Shown here: positions 39,539 to 52,521 of the stretch, one piece after another
How the letters are laid out: each line of letters opens with the position of its first letter
How positions within the stretch are numbered: the stretch's first letter is position 1
Origin: Eledone cirrhosa
Lineage: Eukaryota
Length of the DNA stretch: 64,000 nt
Assembly (NCBI GenBank): GCA_964016885.1
Contig: OZ024748.1
Location: 48,484,001 to 48,548,000, forward strand
Direction of reading: 5' to 3'
Translations under genes and position numbers: made by a program
The notes under the pieces: generated by a model
Seen by the model: the letters and a program-made list of their open reading frames with translations, nothing else
Told to the model about the DNA's origin: nothing
Databases searched by the model: none

Positions 39539-40380
39539 AAACTGATCATCAAACAGGCCCTAGTTCGGGTAAATATCTACTCAGTTCTAGGGCCGGTTGG
39601 ATTATGCAGAAGTGGTGGGAAGAGACCAGACAACTTTACCTTTTGTCCCTGGGTAAGAGGTAGGTGTCTCATCTGGGACATCACAGTCAGTGATTCTTTT
39701 GCTCCCTCCCACATCATGGACGCCGCGGTTAATGTAGGGGTCACAGCTTCCGTCGCCGAACGGAATAACTGTTTCTACTTTAGGCACAAGGCCAGCAATT
39801 ACCCAGTACATTACTGGTACTTTATTTTATCGACCCCGTAAGGATGAAAGGCAAAGTTAACCTCGGCGGGGTTCGGAATAATACCTGGATTTATCCAGAA
39901 ATTATTTCCCCCATTCTGTGGCGTTCGAAACGTTTGGTGGAGTTGGGTCGCTGATAGCGAAGTTCTTATCATCGCTGGAGACTCTCCTTACTGAGGTATC
40001 AGGTGATCCCCGTGAGGGTGCTTGGTTGTTTCAGCGCTTTAGCCACGCCATCACCGGTGGTAATGCTGCAAGTGTGTTGGCTTGCCTCAAAATATTCCCT
40101 TGACCCTTATGGTGTACGGCCGATTGTTACACTTGGTGGTGAATTGATGGCCGTTTTCGTTTTCGTTTTGCTTACCCCTTTTCTTCTTTTTTTTTCTTTC
40201 TCTCGCTCTGGCGCGTTGTTTTTGTGAGGTTCCTAGCGCTGGTTGGTTGTATTTGTTATATGCGTTTATATTTGTGTTTATTAACCACATTATATTTGTA
40301 ATGTTATTCTGAAAGAATTGTCAGCAATTTGCAATGTTATTTATGTATCTGTAATGTTATTTATACATCTGAATAAAATT
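39539..40380 (+). mobile_element. CRE-like RLE domain interrupted by a truncated SINE
   Basis: IIKQAL...GKRPDNFTFCPWVRGRCLIWDITVSDSFAPSH...AERN [SINE ~39769-39873, TSD cggaataa] ...VAFETFGGVG...GDPREGAWLFQRFSHAITGGNAASVLAC. Confidence 0.85.
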
Positions 40381-40404
40381 TGTACAGCTTATCCAGCTTG
40401 TCCT

Positions 40405-40450
<46 letters not shown>

Positions 40451-40587
40451 ATATGCATCATTTTATTGTTCTACAATATTACTCACCTTCTACACACACA
40501 CACATATATATATATACATACATAAGGACCTTTACGTAAGCCACGCACGCACACAAATATATACCTAAGGGCCTTTACGTAACAAGC

Positions 40588-40638
<51 letters not shown>

Positions 40639-41529
40639 ATATACACACCCACGTAACGAAATCAATTTGTATATTATAGGATGTGCATGTGCAGCACACA
40701 TGCGCACTACGGACACAGCCATTTTAGACGATGAGAATATATTGCGTTGAAAAATATTTTCATAAATTTAGTTCAGTGGGGAAGAGAAGCTGCTTTGCTT
40801 TCTTCAACAGAAAAAAAAGTACATTTATTCACGGGTTTTGTTTATTTGTTGGTTGGTTCAATGAAATATAGGGAAAGGTTTGAAGGAATGCCACGGGGAG
40901 TTTAAATGTTGCTGCCTGTATTAGCTAAAGGGTTTCGTATGTAGGTATTTAGTGACAATGCCTGTATGTGTTTGTGTGTCAGTGAATGCTTCTTTGCTGT
41001 GACTTATATGTGAGCTGCACAAGTATGTGTGTATATAAGTAAATGTGTCACTTATGTGTATGTGTCACTGGTGCTTCTATATATCTATGTAAATTTGTGG
41101 CGGAATGGTTTATCGCCGTTAACGAATGTATGTGTATTTCTACGATAGTCGCTGCTGTGAAATGTGTATATAAGGTTATGTGTGTATGTATGATAATCGT
41201 TACTGTTAGATGTGTATGTAAGGGTATGTTAGATAAGTATATATATAAAAGTGTGTGTGTATATATAATATGTTAATATATTAGTGAATATTTAGTTTTC
41301 TTTTCAGTAATTCTAGGTTTTGTTGTTAAAGCCCTGATCAAAGGCATTCTAGCCATGGCAATCCCATCTGAAGCACAACTAGCAAATACTAATTAATCCT
41401 GAAAATTGACGTTCATAAATGATAAGTATGAAAGGATGCCATTCATATATATATATAAAGGAACCAAATAAATATATATATTTTAAAAAAAATAAGACCT
41501 CAGTTGTATTTTCGATTTCTTCTTTTTTT

Positions 41530-41585
<56 letters not shown>

Positions 41586-41741
41586 CCATTGTACCTTTGA
41601 AATATGTATAATAAAATATATACTTTGGTTATGATAATATTTCTCATTTATTAATATTTTGAATAATAGATAGATAGAGAGAAAGATGTAAAACCCCGAG
41701 CGGTTTCGGCTTGTGTGTTCAGCAAGCTTTTTCACGGTATA

Positions 41742-41800
<59 letters not shown>

Positions 41801-42246
41801 ATGGCTTCTACAGGACTAGAACTTTCATTCAAAGGAAATCATCATATATATATAGTATAGCGTTGGAGACCGACAGCTGAACTCTTGCCGTTTCGAGATA
41901 TTTACTTTACTCTCCCAAGTATCGAGTACTCTGCTGAACAATGGTGTTACTAGTTTAAACTGGTAACATCCTGATCTTATGTGTGTGTGCGTGTGGGAGG
42001 GGGTGCCTGTAAGAGTTAGACAGAAATCATCTTTATTTAATATATGAATAATATACAGACACGGGCTAACCATTAGGAGGGCGATTTAGTAACCAGAAAA
42101 CAGTAAGAACTGTTCAATATATAGAAATGCAAGACCATACAAAATGAACAGCTGCTTAAAAAAAAAAAAAACTATTTACTATCTCGATTAGATCTTTGAT
42201 ATTTTTCCATAGTTACGATACCTAGTGCATTATCTTAGGTGGCGGT

Positions 42247-42358
42247 TGAGTTCAAATCCCGCCGAGGTTGACTTTGCCTTTCATCCTTACGGGGTCGATA
42301 AAATAAAGTACCAGTAATGCACTGGGTAATTGCTGGCCTTGTGCCTAAAGTAGAAACA
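42247..42358 (+). mobile_element. 5'-truncated family-1 SINE with an 18-bp TSD
   Basis: attatcttaggtggcggt at 42229-42246 and 42359-42376. Confidence 0.9.
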
Positions 42359-42790
42359 ATTATCTTAGGTGGCGGTGATAATTTGAGATAGATTTGACCG
42401 TTCCTTCTTGTAGTACCTACACATATATATATATGCGCGCGCGCGCACATACACACATATATATACATGTGAATTAAAAAATAGAGCAAGAAACCAGGAC
42501 TATCCGTCATCAGTGATCTTCTGGCCATCATCGGTATTTCTTCGCATTAAAGACCAGATACCTCAAGCCAGCGCGAACAATAACTAAAATAAGTTATTGG
42601 GATAAAAAGAATTGGGTGGAGAAAGAGAGACATGTAAACAAACAAAAATGGTAAGGCAACGTAAAGAGAGGAATATATATATATATGATTTTTAATGCAA
42701 TGAAATATCTATGATCTTCGGCAAATCACTGATGAGGGACTTATTTTATTACATGTTACCCATGTGCTACCTGCAGTATTTTTCTCTATA

Positions 42791-42825
<35 letters not shown>

Positions 42826-42829
<4 letters not shown>

Positions 42830-43200
42830 ATGATATTAATAAATGGAAACTATTTTTATTTTATTATATATATTTCAAGGGTACCAACATTTTGGTACGC
42901 CCTCATCAGCTAAAATATAAAATTTGTTTTATAAATGGTGACATACCCAAGAAATCAGACCTGAACCGATAAGGTCTGGTTTGTTGGGTATGTCACCATT
43001 TATAAAACAAATTTTGTATTTTATCTGATGAGCGCGTACCAAAGTTTTGGCGCCCTTGAAATATATATAATAAAATGAATATGGTTTTATAAATATAGTT
43101 TCCATTTATTAATATCATTGATGTTATACTCCAGTAATCTTGTAGAGTGCTTCAAATCTGTTATAAATAAATTTGTTGGATAACCAACAAATTATATATC
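42826..43200. mobile_element. Fold-back pLTR remnant with an HHR in both arms
   Basis: Inverted repeat 42826-43122. HHRs at 42858-42916 (-) and 43018-43076 (+). Confidence 0.85.
43018..43076 (+). ncRNA. Type I hammerhead ribozyme motif
   Basis: auuuuau-CUGAUGA...GAAAU-AUAU-AUA-auaaaau. Stem I is 7 bp and the predicted cleavage is after 43069. Confidence 0.8.
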
Positions 43201-43360
43201 TCTTTGTTTATATATATATATATTTATATATATATATATATATAACACAACGATTTACTAATATAAGTAAACAAATCCACTATCCCGATGTCTTCCAAAA
43301 GTAACGGTTGCATTTTGTAAGGGTATGTCAATATTTATTTATAAAACTGGTATATATTGT

Positions 43361-43423
43361 ATTTTGTCTGATGAAAGCATACCATAATTTAACATGGTAT
43401 CCTTGAAATATGTATAATAAAAT
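43361..43423 (+). ncRNA. Type I hammerhead ribozyme motif (diverged neighbouring copy)
   Basis: auuuugu-CUGAUGA...auaccau/augguau...GAAAU-AUGU-AUA-auaaaau. Confidence 0.75.
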
Positions 43424-43551
43424 AGATATGGTTTTATAAATATAGTTTCCATTTGTTAATATCGTATATTTACTCCAAATACTTGTCGAGTGCTTTATAT
43501 CAGATATAAAAATATTTGCTTGTTGTATCCCAACAATTTAAATAGAACTTT

Positions 43552-43617
<66 letters not shown>

Positions 43618-43801
43618 GGAGGTGAGTTTTATTGTAGTACAATAAAGCAATGCAGATATCGGATAAGAAGCACTCTACAACTATATATATATACATACAT
43701 GTGTGTGTGTGTGTGTAAAAGAGAAACAGAAATAGCAACACAATCGGTATAGTATATAGAAGGGATATATTAGGTTAACGCTTGATATAGTAGGAAGAGG
43801 G

Positions 43802-43837
43802 TCTTAACACTTCGGACGCTAGTCCTTCATCAGAAGA
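43802..43837 (-). ncRNA. Degenerate minimal hammerhead motif
   Basis: ucuu-CUGAUGA-aGGACuagcGUCC-GAAG-UGUU-aaga, with A15.1 mutated. Homologous to 56224-56259. Confidence 0.55.
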
Positions 43838-43904
43838 AAGAATGAGAAATAAGATAGATTGAGTGGACGGGCGGGTTGGAATTGAAAAAAATGTATATAT
43901 ATAA

Positions 43905-43969
<65 letters not shown>

Positions 43970-45353
43970 TTTCCTTGGTTTATTATAATTCCTGTTAGTG
44001 AATCGTTGAAACTGTATAAATTAAGAAGGTCCTTAAAAAAACCCATCTATAATGTGATATGTGTATTGTTGGCTACGAAACTGCGTGTGTGTTGTTAACC
44101 AAAAGTTCATATAGAAGCCCAAACCTAGTCTATACAAAGAAACTGCCTACGTTCACTCATCGCCTTCAAATATAAATAAAAAGCAAATGGAAAATGGCCA
44201 TAGCATGCAAATGTGCTTTTCTTTTTCTTTTTTGTATTTTCCCCCGCTAAATGATTACAGCAACCTGATGAAATAGTCGCAAAACTATTCAGCACGCTTC
44301 TTCTGTTTGATACTTCTGTGGTTGACAGACATGCGGACAGCTACGGACGTGAGTGTATATACGCGCGCGCGTATGTGTGCGCATCTGTATATGCGTATGG
44401 TTGTGCGTTGGTACTTGCGTGCGTGTATGTACAGGTGTCGGTGTGTGCTTACGTGCATTTATGTACATGAGAGAAAGTGGGTGTATATAAATATACAAAC
44501 ATCTATATACAATATACATATATATATTATATATATATGTGTGTGTATCTGGGAGTCGGTGCGCGCATATCTGTGTGAAAAGGCGTTATGAGTGAATGAG
44601 AGAGAGTGTCTGTATTTTCGTAACTCCCGTAAATGAACCTTTTATGAGGCCCAAATGCGAGCCGTGACGAGGAAGGAGGGAGGAATATGGAGCTAAAAGC
44701 AACAGCAACAGTAACAACACCATCAGTATTAACTGAAGTTGGTGGAATAGCAGGAAAAAATGACGAAGAAGCAATTGATGATCTTGTAATAGTCGCTGTA
44801 GGTAATAGTGAAGGTGGTAGTAACAACACTGAGGGATGAGAACGTAACATCACTGAAATTTGGCCAGGTGAGTGCGTGTGCCAGAGACGTATGTGTTGAA
44901 AGAGCAAGTGATTGCTTTTACCTTTGGCACAAGGTCAGCAATTTGAAGGGAAGGAGTAAGTCGATTAAATCGACCCAGTGCGTTACTGGTGCTTTATTTT
45001 ATCGACTTCGTAAGGATGCCATGCATAGCTAAGCTAGCCGGCATTTGAACTCAGAATGTAAAGGGACGTAACTCTACGTCGCAAAGCATATTGTCCGACG
45101 CTCTCCCAGTACTGCCAATCCACAACCCTCAAACAGCATATAATAATTCTTTCTATATTTGGCAGAAGGGCAGCAATTTAGGGTCGGATGGAAAGGCAAT
45201 GTCGATTATATCGACAATAATACAATACTGGTATATCGACACCGCAAAGATAATAACAAGGATGTAGATGATTTCGACTCCCAATTCCGGTTCTTTACAT
45301 TCTCAACCAATCTCGCCTCGTACTCGTTGACCTAATATATCACATATCTGTAT

Positions 45354-45409
<56 letters not shown>

Positions 45410-45476
45410 ATGTATAGTCATGCATGTAGATATATATGTATGTGTATATAAAATGAAAAGATCAAGGTTTAATAGT

Positions 45477-45549
45477 TAATTTACATATGTTTCATTCTAC
45501 TACAAAGGATGTAGCATTTAATATCTTTGTAGAGACCTCTTCAGAATCA
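45477..45549 (-). ncRNA. Type I hammerhead ribozyme motif
   Basis: ugauu-CUGAAGA...cuacaaag/cuuuguag...GAAAC-AUAU-GUA-aauua, with palindromic stem III ACAUAUGU. Confidence 0.75.
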
Positions 45550-45568
45550 TGTGTGTGTATGTATATAC

Positions 45569-45599
<31 letters not shown>

Positions 45600-45782
45600 C
45601 TGCGCATGCGTATATATATATGTACATATTTGTATGTATTTATATATATGTATACATATATATTTCTCTTTATAGGTATATATATGTATATGCGTATATA
45701 TTGTATATATATGTATATATATACATATATATGTATACATATATATATATACATATATATATGTATATATATATATATATAT

Positions 45783-45996
45783 ATAGGAAAAAGTATGACC
45801 CCGACGGCAGAGCTCAAGCCGTTTCGACGGCTATTTCTGATCCAGAAATAGCCGTCGAAACGGCTTGAGCTCTGCCGTCGGGATCACACTTTTTCCTATT
45901 TCCCACTCTACTACCCTAAGTTTTGAGTACTCTGGTGCGTTATGGTCCATCTGGTTCCTTACCACAATTCCTTTGTTATTTATATATATATATATA

Positions 45997-46037
<41 letters not shown>

Positions 46038-46170
46038 CGAAGTAGGTGTGGTAAGGAACCAGATGGACCATAACGCACCAGAGTACTCAATACTTAGGGT
46101 AGTAGAGTGGGTAATAGGAAAATGTTTAACCCCGTCGAAACGGCTTAAGCTCTGCCGTCGGGGTTAAACA
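45783..46170. mobile_element. Two opposed fold-back pLTR remnants around a (TA)n tract, each with an HHR 3' half
   Basis: Palindrome 45783-45899 (loop atc). Segments ~45890-45966 and ~46046-46122 are inverted copies. Both carry GAAACGGC...GCCGUC. Confidence 0.8.
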
Positions 46171-47063
46171 TATATATACATATATGTGTGTGTATATATA
46201 TATATATATATATCAACATATGTATAAATGCATATAAGTATGTATATCTATATATATATACATACATACATACACAAATATGTGCATGTGTGTAATCTGA
46301 TTGCGCCATCAGTATATTTAATTTCAATGAAAAATTAGGTTTAGATGCATTTCGATAGCTTCCAGCGAAAACCAATGAAAGCTGGAAATATTCTTTTCTA
46401 GTCTATTTATTGACCAATTTTACATTTCTTGTTTTTCGTCGAATTATTCCGTAGCTTTTAAATCAATATTCACTTATTTTCGACCCTGTTCCACCTTTTG
46501 TTTTGACTTTTATGAACACGCGTGTGTCTATATTGTTTAGCATTTCTTTAAAAATCCAATAAACATGCCAACTAAAACCCAAATATTACATGGTATTTAT
46601 ATACACACACATATTTGTATGTATGTGTGTGTATGTATACATCTGTGCATGTATGTATGTATGTGTGTGTATGTATACATCTGTGCATGTATGTGTGTGT
46701 ATGTATGTATCTGTGCATGCATGTATGTGTGTTTGTGTGCATTGCGCAATCAGCGCGCTATCGCCAAACTCGGAGTAGCTATTAGAGAGAAATCTCAGAA
46801 ATTGCAACAAACATAAATTATACTTCTAGTTTGGTATTGAGCACTTTTTCTCGTGTTTGCGAATTCAAATATAAAACAGATAAATATGTATATTTATATA
46901 TATATGTGTCTTTATTTTATATAGAAATGAAATCATCAGGAGAGTCCCGTAGAAGTCATTTCTTTTCTATATACAATAAAGATGCCTATACTCATCTAAC
47001 GTATTGAGTACCTTTTTTTAACTATGGTCACCTTCCCATACCCACCGGGAAACCACCAATAAT

Positions 47064-47094
<31 letters not shown>

Positions 47095-47884
47095 ATACAC
47101 GTGCGTGTAAAGTGATATATCAAACTACATCAATACAACAGTGTGTTGGAGGTTTGGCAAATTTGGGACGTTCGCCTATTATTGACAGTGTTGACAAACT
47201 TTGATGACGCGAGAAGTGTGTGTGTCTGTCCCAGACATTCTTGTGGTTTCTTGGCCTCTACTGCCATCGTTTGTGTAGCTTCACAGCCACGTAACAAGTT
47301 ACAACTTATGTAGTTTACCACAACATTCTCACAGGGCCTGTTCCAATTAAACAAAATTGCATACACATACATATGAGTGTGTAGATATATATATTTATAT
47401 ATATATATATATATAGAGAGAGAGACAAACACACACACACATATATATATATATGTTAGGAACAAAGAGAAATTAAAATGAACAAAATAAAATTAAAAGA
47501 GAAAATAATAATAATTGAACAAAAAAGCAGTCGTTTTCTTTTTGAGTTGGCCACGCAAGCCTAGTATCGAAATTTTGAAAGATTAGTTATTCCTGCCTGA
47601 TAGACTTGTAATTATAGTCTGACAGATGATACATACACAGATTACGTGTATATATCACTTTCATGAGAGTGCAATTCTTCCTCAAACAACATTAAACTGG
47701 TATTTTCAATCGACAATCAACGGCCAAGAACTCTTAACATCAACAATTTATCAATGTTTTAAGCTGTTGAGAGAGAGAGAGGTAAAGAGAAATATATATA
47801 TAAAGCGAGGGAGGGGGAAAAAGTGGTATAAAGATATATATAGCGACAGAGAGAAAGAGGAGCAGGAGGAGGAAGATATACATA

Positions 47885-48055
47885 TATCATATATAAAGAG
47901 AGAGAGGGAAGGAAGATATCTATATATAAAGAGAGAGAGGGAAGGAAGATATCTATATATAAAAAGAGAGAGGGAAGGAAGATATCTATATATAAAGAGA
48001 GAGAGGGAAGGAAGATATCTATATATAAAGAGAGTGAGGGAAGGAAGATATATAT
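47885..48055. repeat. 30-bp minisatellite
   Basis: atataaagagagagagggaaggaagatatct-type units, 5-6 copies. Confidence 0.85.
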
Positions 48056-48110
48056 AAGATGTATATATTTATATATATACAATGATATTAAATAAATAGA
48101 GACATACTCA

Positions 48111-48154
<44 letters not shown>

Positions 48155-48980
48155 CATTCAAACATAGATATATAGAGATATATATAAAGGGGGGTAATAG
48201 GGGGAGATAGAGATAAATATATAGATAGAGCTGTAAAGAGAGGGAGGGAGAGAGAGTGAGTGAGGGAGGGAGAACGAGAGTACAGCACAGTGGGGAGAAT
48301 TTAGTGTTGATATTATTTACAATATTTTCACTTTACATAACAACACAGGATCGTTATCGGATCTTAATTATTTTACACGCAGCTTTCACTCCAGTGATTT
48401 TCCCCCCTCTCGTTAGATTAAACTGAAAAAGAAAAAAAAAGCGCGCGCGTGTCTAAAAAAAGCGTATGTATATATTTTCAATTTATATTCCTATTTTTGT
48501 GCCTGTAATTTTTTGTGTCCATATCACTTTATCTGAGTAACAACACATTATACATACATAAGCATATGTATTTTTACATAAATACGTATATAATATGTAT
48601 TGTTATTGCAGCAAGGAAAATAATTCCTCTTTCCACCCCATATGACCTATAACGGCAGCTCCTTATTTATATATATATATATCATATATTATTATTTTAC
48701 TATGGGGTAGGGTTTTAAGGATGCAGACATGCTAAATAAAATATATATTTGATGTATGTACTTTTCATTTTCTCTGCTACTTCTCTATGCTGTCTCTTTT
48801 TACATAGCGAATTCACACGTATATATATATATATATATAATATATATATATATATATCTATATCTCTCTATATATATATATATTTGTATTTATATATATA
48901 TATATTTGGGTGGGTCAACACGATTTCATATCAAGAATCATGCAAAGCAAATACAAAAATGAAATATATATATATATATT

Positions 48981-49112
48981 ATTTAGGCTAAATAGTGAGT
49001 CTTATTACTCTGGAGTTTCACCTGCTTCTCCAGAGTAACAAGACTCACTATTTATTCTAAATAAAATGAATATTTAAACTCTACTTCGGTATTGAGTACT
49101 CTTTTCTCTCTC
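48981..49112. mobile_element. Fold-back pLTR remnant
   Basis: Arms 48981-49015 and 49028-49062. The minus strand reads GAAACUCCAGAGUA. The tail gtattgagtactc matches ~16514-16600. Confidence 0.6.
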
Positions 49113-49195
49113 TCTATGTGTGTGTGTATATCTACGTCTATTTCAATTAACACACATCATGTGCGTACTTGTACAAGTGTTATTGTGTATGTATG

Positions 49196-49247
<52 letters not shown>

Positions 49248-49571
49248 TATACAATCTCTAAGGTAGTCATTGGTGTCGGTTGTAGCAGTGTTTGTGTTGT
49301 GGATGGCTCATCGGCCGTACCTGGACTTGACACAGGAATGTGTGTGTGTGTTGTGTAATGGGAGCTTGTTCGAAGACGACACGCGTAAGATGCAGTTTTT
49401 AAGTCTCATATGATTTACTTTTTTACTCGCATATTTATTACAACCCGGATCTAGTGTTTTCCCCGTTTGAGCCCCACCCCCACCTAAATAACAAAAATGA
49501 CCCCCCCTTGTCTCTTTTAATTCACTTTTCTAACCACCCTCTCTACATCACTTGTTTGATATAATATAGAT

Positions 49572-49612
<41 letters not shown>

Positions 49613-49893
49613 ATAGCTAACCTGCATTCGATTCGTATATCTGTTTACTGACTTTTATCTACCAGACAGCCAGTTATATATATATATCTATCTATATATA
49701 TATATCTAAATATATATAGAGAGATAGATAGACGTGACATTTGGAAGTTGTGTGGTCTATGTTTTTATCTCATCAACAGATTTAAGACACTCGCTTCTCA
49801 AGTGGATATTACTCTGTATTATTGGTTAACAACAAAAAAAGGATGCTCAGTTTCGAGGTAAACATTACATCAATTACAATGGCCAATGTGTGA

Positions 49894-49936
<43 letters not shown>

Positions 49937-51563
49937 CGCACAACATACATTCTTGTACAAGATTTAAACGGGGATAAGGGGGTTCCATAACGACCTTATC
50001 GCATTGTTTATATACATAAATACATACATGCACAGACTTAAAACTGTTGTGTGCATATATATATATATATGTGTGTGTATATAAAACTATAAGTACATTT
50101 ATTGAATCTATTTTGGTGTGTGTGGTACCGTTATTAGTTTGAGTGTGAATATATTGTATGTAATGTGTGTGAGAGAGAGGACCAAACTAGCACTTCCGAC
50201 CGACGCAAATCGTTTTGGTGCTGTTTATTTTTCATCATCGTTGTCGTTGTCATTAGTTCGGGTGGCTTTTATTTCTGAATCGTTTATTGAACTTATTGTC
50301 GACATTTGCCCAGCTACTCCTGTCCCGAATAGATATAGATTTGTCTATATATATATTGTTGAAAATACATTCCTTCCTCCCCTCTATTACACATCTGTAT
50401 AATACGCTCTTACATACATATATATCCGCGTAAATTGCTCGTTTAAGCTGGTTGACCTGTGTTTGTCTAAAACGTGTGTATATATCTATATATATAGTGT
50501 GTGTGTGTGTGTGTGTGTAATTGTTAATGTATCCGTTTGGAACGTAAAGAACCACAATGTAAGCTATTCAATACACGAAGCAGAGCGAGGATTTATTTAT
50601 CTATTGGAAAGCGACTCTTACAGGATTTGTCCTGTTTCCTTCGTAAATAAAGCACTGAATACATACAATTAAGCAGAGTAGGTTTTATTCTTTTTTCGGT
50701 GGAAGTCTGACGATATGCATTGCAGCCGGAACTTAAAAATCTGTGGCTCTATTTTCTACGAAATATATAATCCAGACACATACATGCGTGTGTCTATGAA
50801 GTAATACGAAGGCAATTTTTGCTATTTCATTCGGTTGCATACACACAAATGTTATATATATATGTATATATATGTAGTGTGTGTATAGACCCTTTTCATT
50901 GGTATTAAATCATCAGGAATGTACTTAATTCAATATATAAAGGGTTTGCTAACTCTTGGGGAAAACAAATGGTATTACAAATAGCTTCTCTTAACTCATG
51001 TGTCCTTCCCCGATCTGCCTAAAATATAATATATAGCAACTGGTGTTATTTCTTTCCATCGTCGGTGCTTTCTCATCCTTACTCCACTGCTGCTGGGACA
51101 AGGCAACCCGTTCATTTCAAGAACAAACACTATATTACGTTTGTTGGACTATTAATTTGTCTAGAAATGCTATTTGACTATATGAACCTAGCTCTCTCGT
51201 CCATTCTTCTGTTGCTTTGGCTTCAAACATATACGATAAAAGCTTTTATATAATTATACATACGCCTCATATATATATATATAATTACTATACACACATC
51301 TCGTTTAGATTTTATATACCCAGCTAAATATATTCCATGCGCTATTATAGATTGACACACACACACACGCACACATATAGAATCTATATCGATGTTTGTT
51401 TATAGTCTTTTATATACCCCCAGTCTCAAGTGTTTTATAACTCGCTTTTTGAAAAAAATGTCCATCTCACCATATTACGATTATCTATAGATATGTATAT
51501 ACTTGTGTGCGTAACTATAGCACCATTCCATATGTACATATGTGTGTGAATGTATGTCTGTAA

Positions 51564-51603
<40 letters not shown>

Positions 51604-51729
51604 TCTATATGTTGTTTGGTATCTGTGTACATGTTTATGTTTATATCCATGAGAGAGAGATGGAAGGAGTAAGAGTGAGTGTGTGTGTGTGTGTGTGCTG
51701 CCGTAACCTCAATTTGCTGCTGTTTGTGT

Positions 51730-51768
<39 letters not shown>

Positions 51769-51983
51769 TGTGTATGTATATAATGTATATCTGTTCCGCG
51801 GTCTCTTATCTGTTGTGGGAAAGTTGGAGTGTATTCCTTTATCCTTATCAACGTTTATTATTAGATGAAGGTTAATTGGTGGTGATGATGATGATGGAGG
51901 AGGAGGAGGGACTGGCTTGTGGGGATGGCGCGGTGGAATGGCCATTTATTCGTTACTCTGTTATACACATATAAATGCACATG

Positions 51984-52014
<31 letters not shown>

Positions 52015-52468
52015 TATATATATATCTACATTAACATATTGTATATATATTTTTATATATTAACATACTGTGTATATAAATATATATACAGGGTGTCCCA
52101 AAAATGTATACACACTTCAACAGCATTCTAATAAATATGAATATATTTTTTTGGGACACCCTGTGTATATGTTTGTATATATAAATACACTGTATATGTG
52201 TATATATATAAATACACATATGTGTATATATATAAATACACTGTATATGTGTATATATATAAATACACTGTATATGTGTATATATATAAATATACTGTAT
52301 ATGTATATATATATAATTGTTTCTACATTTGGCACAAGGCCAGCAATTACCCAGTGCATTACTGGTACTTTATTTTATCGACCCCGTAAGGATGAAAGGC
52401 AAAGTTAATCTTATATATATATATATAATGTTCACATACTGTATATGTATACATATAATGTTCACATA

Positions 52469-52521
<53 letters not shown>

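Noticed and set aside
41694-41737. Minus-strand HHR-like motif (gcuug/caagc, GAAACCGCUC)
   Set aside because: The core is mutated at several positions, so it counts only as a decayed relic.
44266-44295. CTGATGA followed by a hairpin
   Set aside because: There is no GAAA after stem II. A similar hit at ~50885-50920(-) lacks stems I and III.
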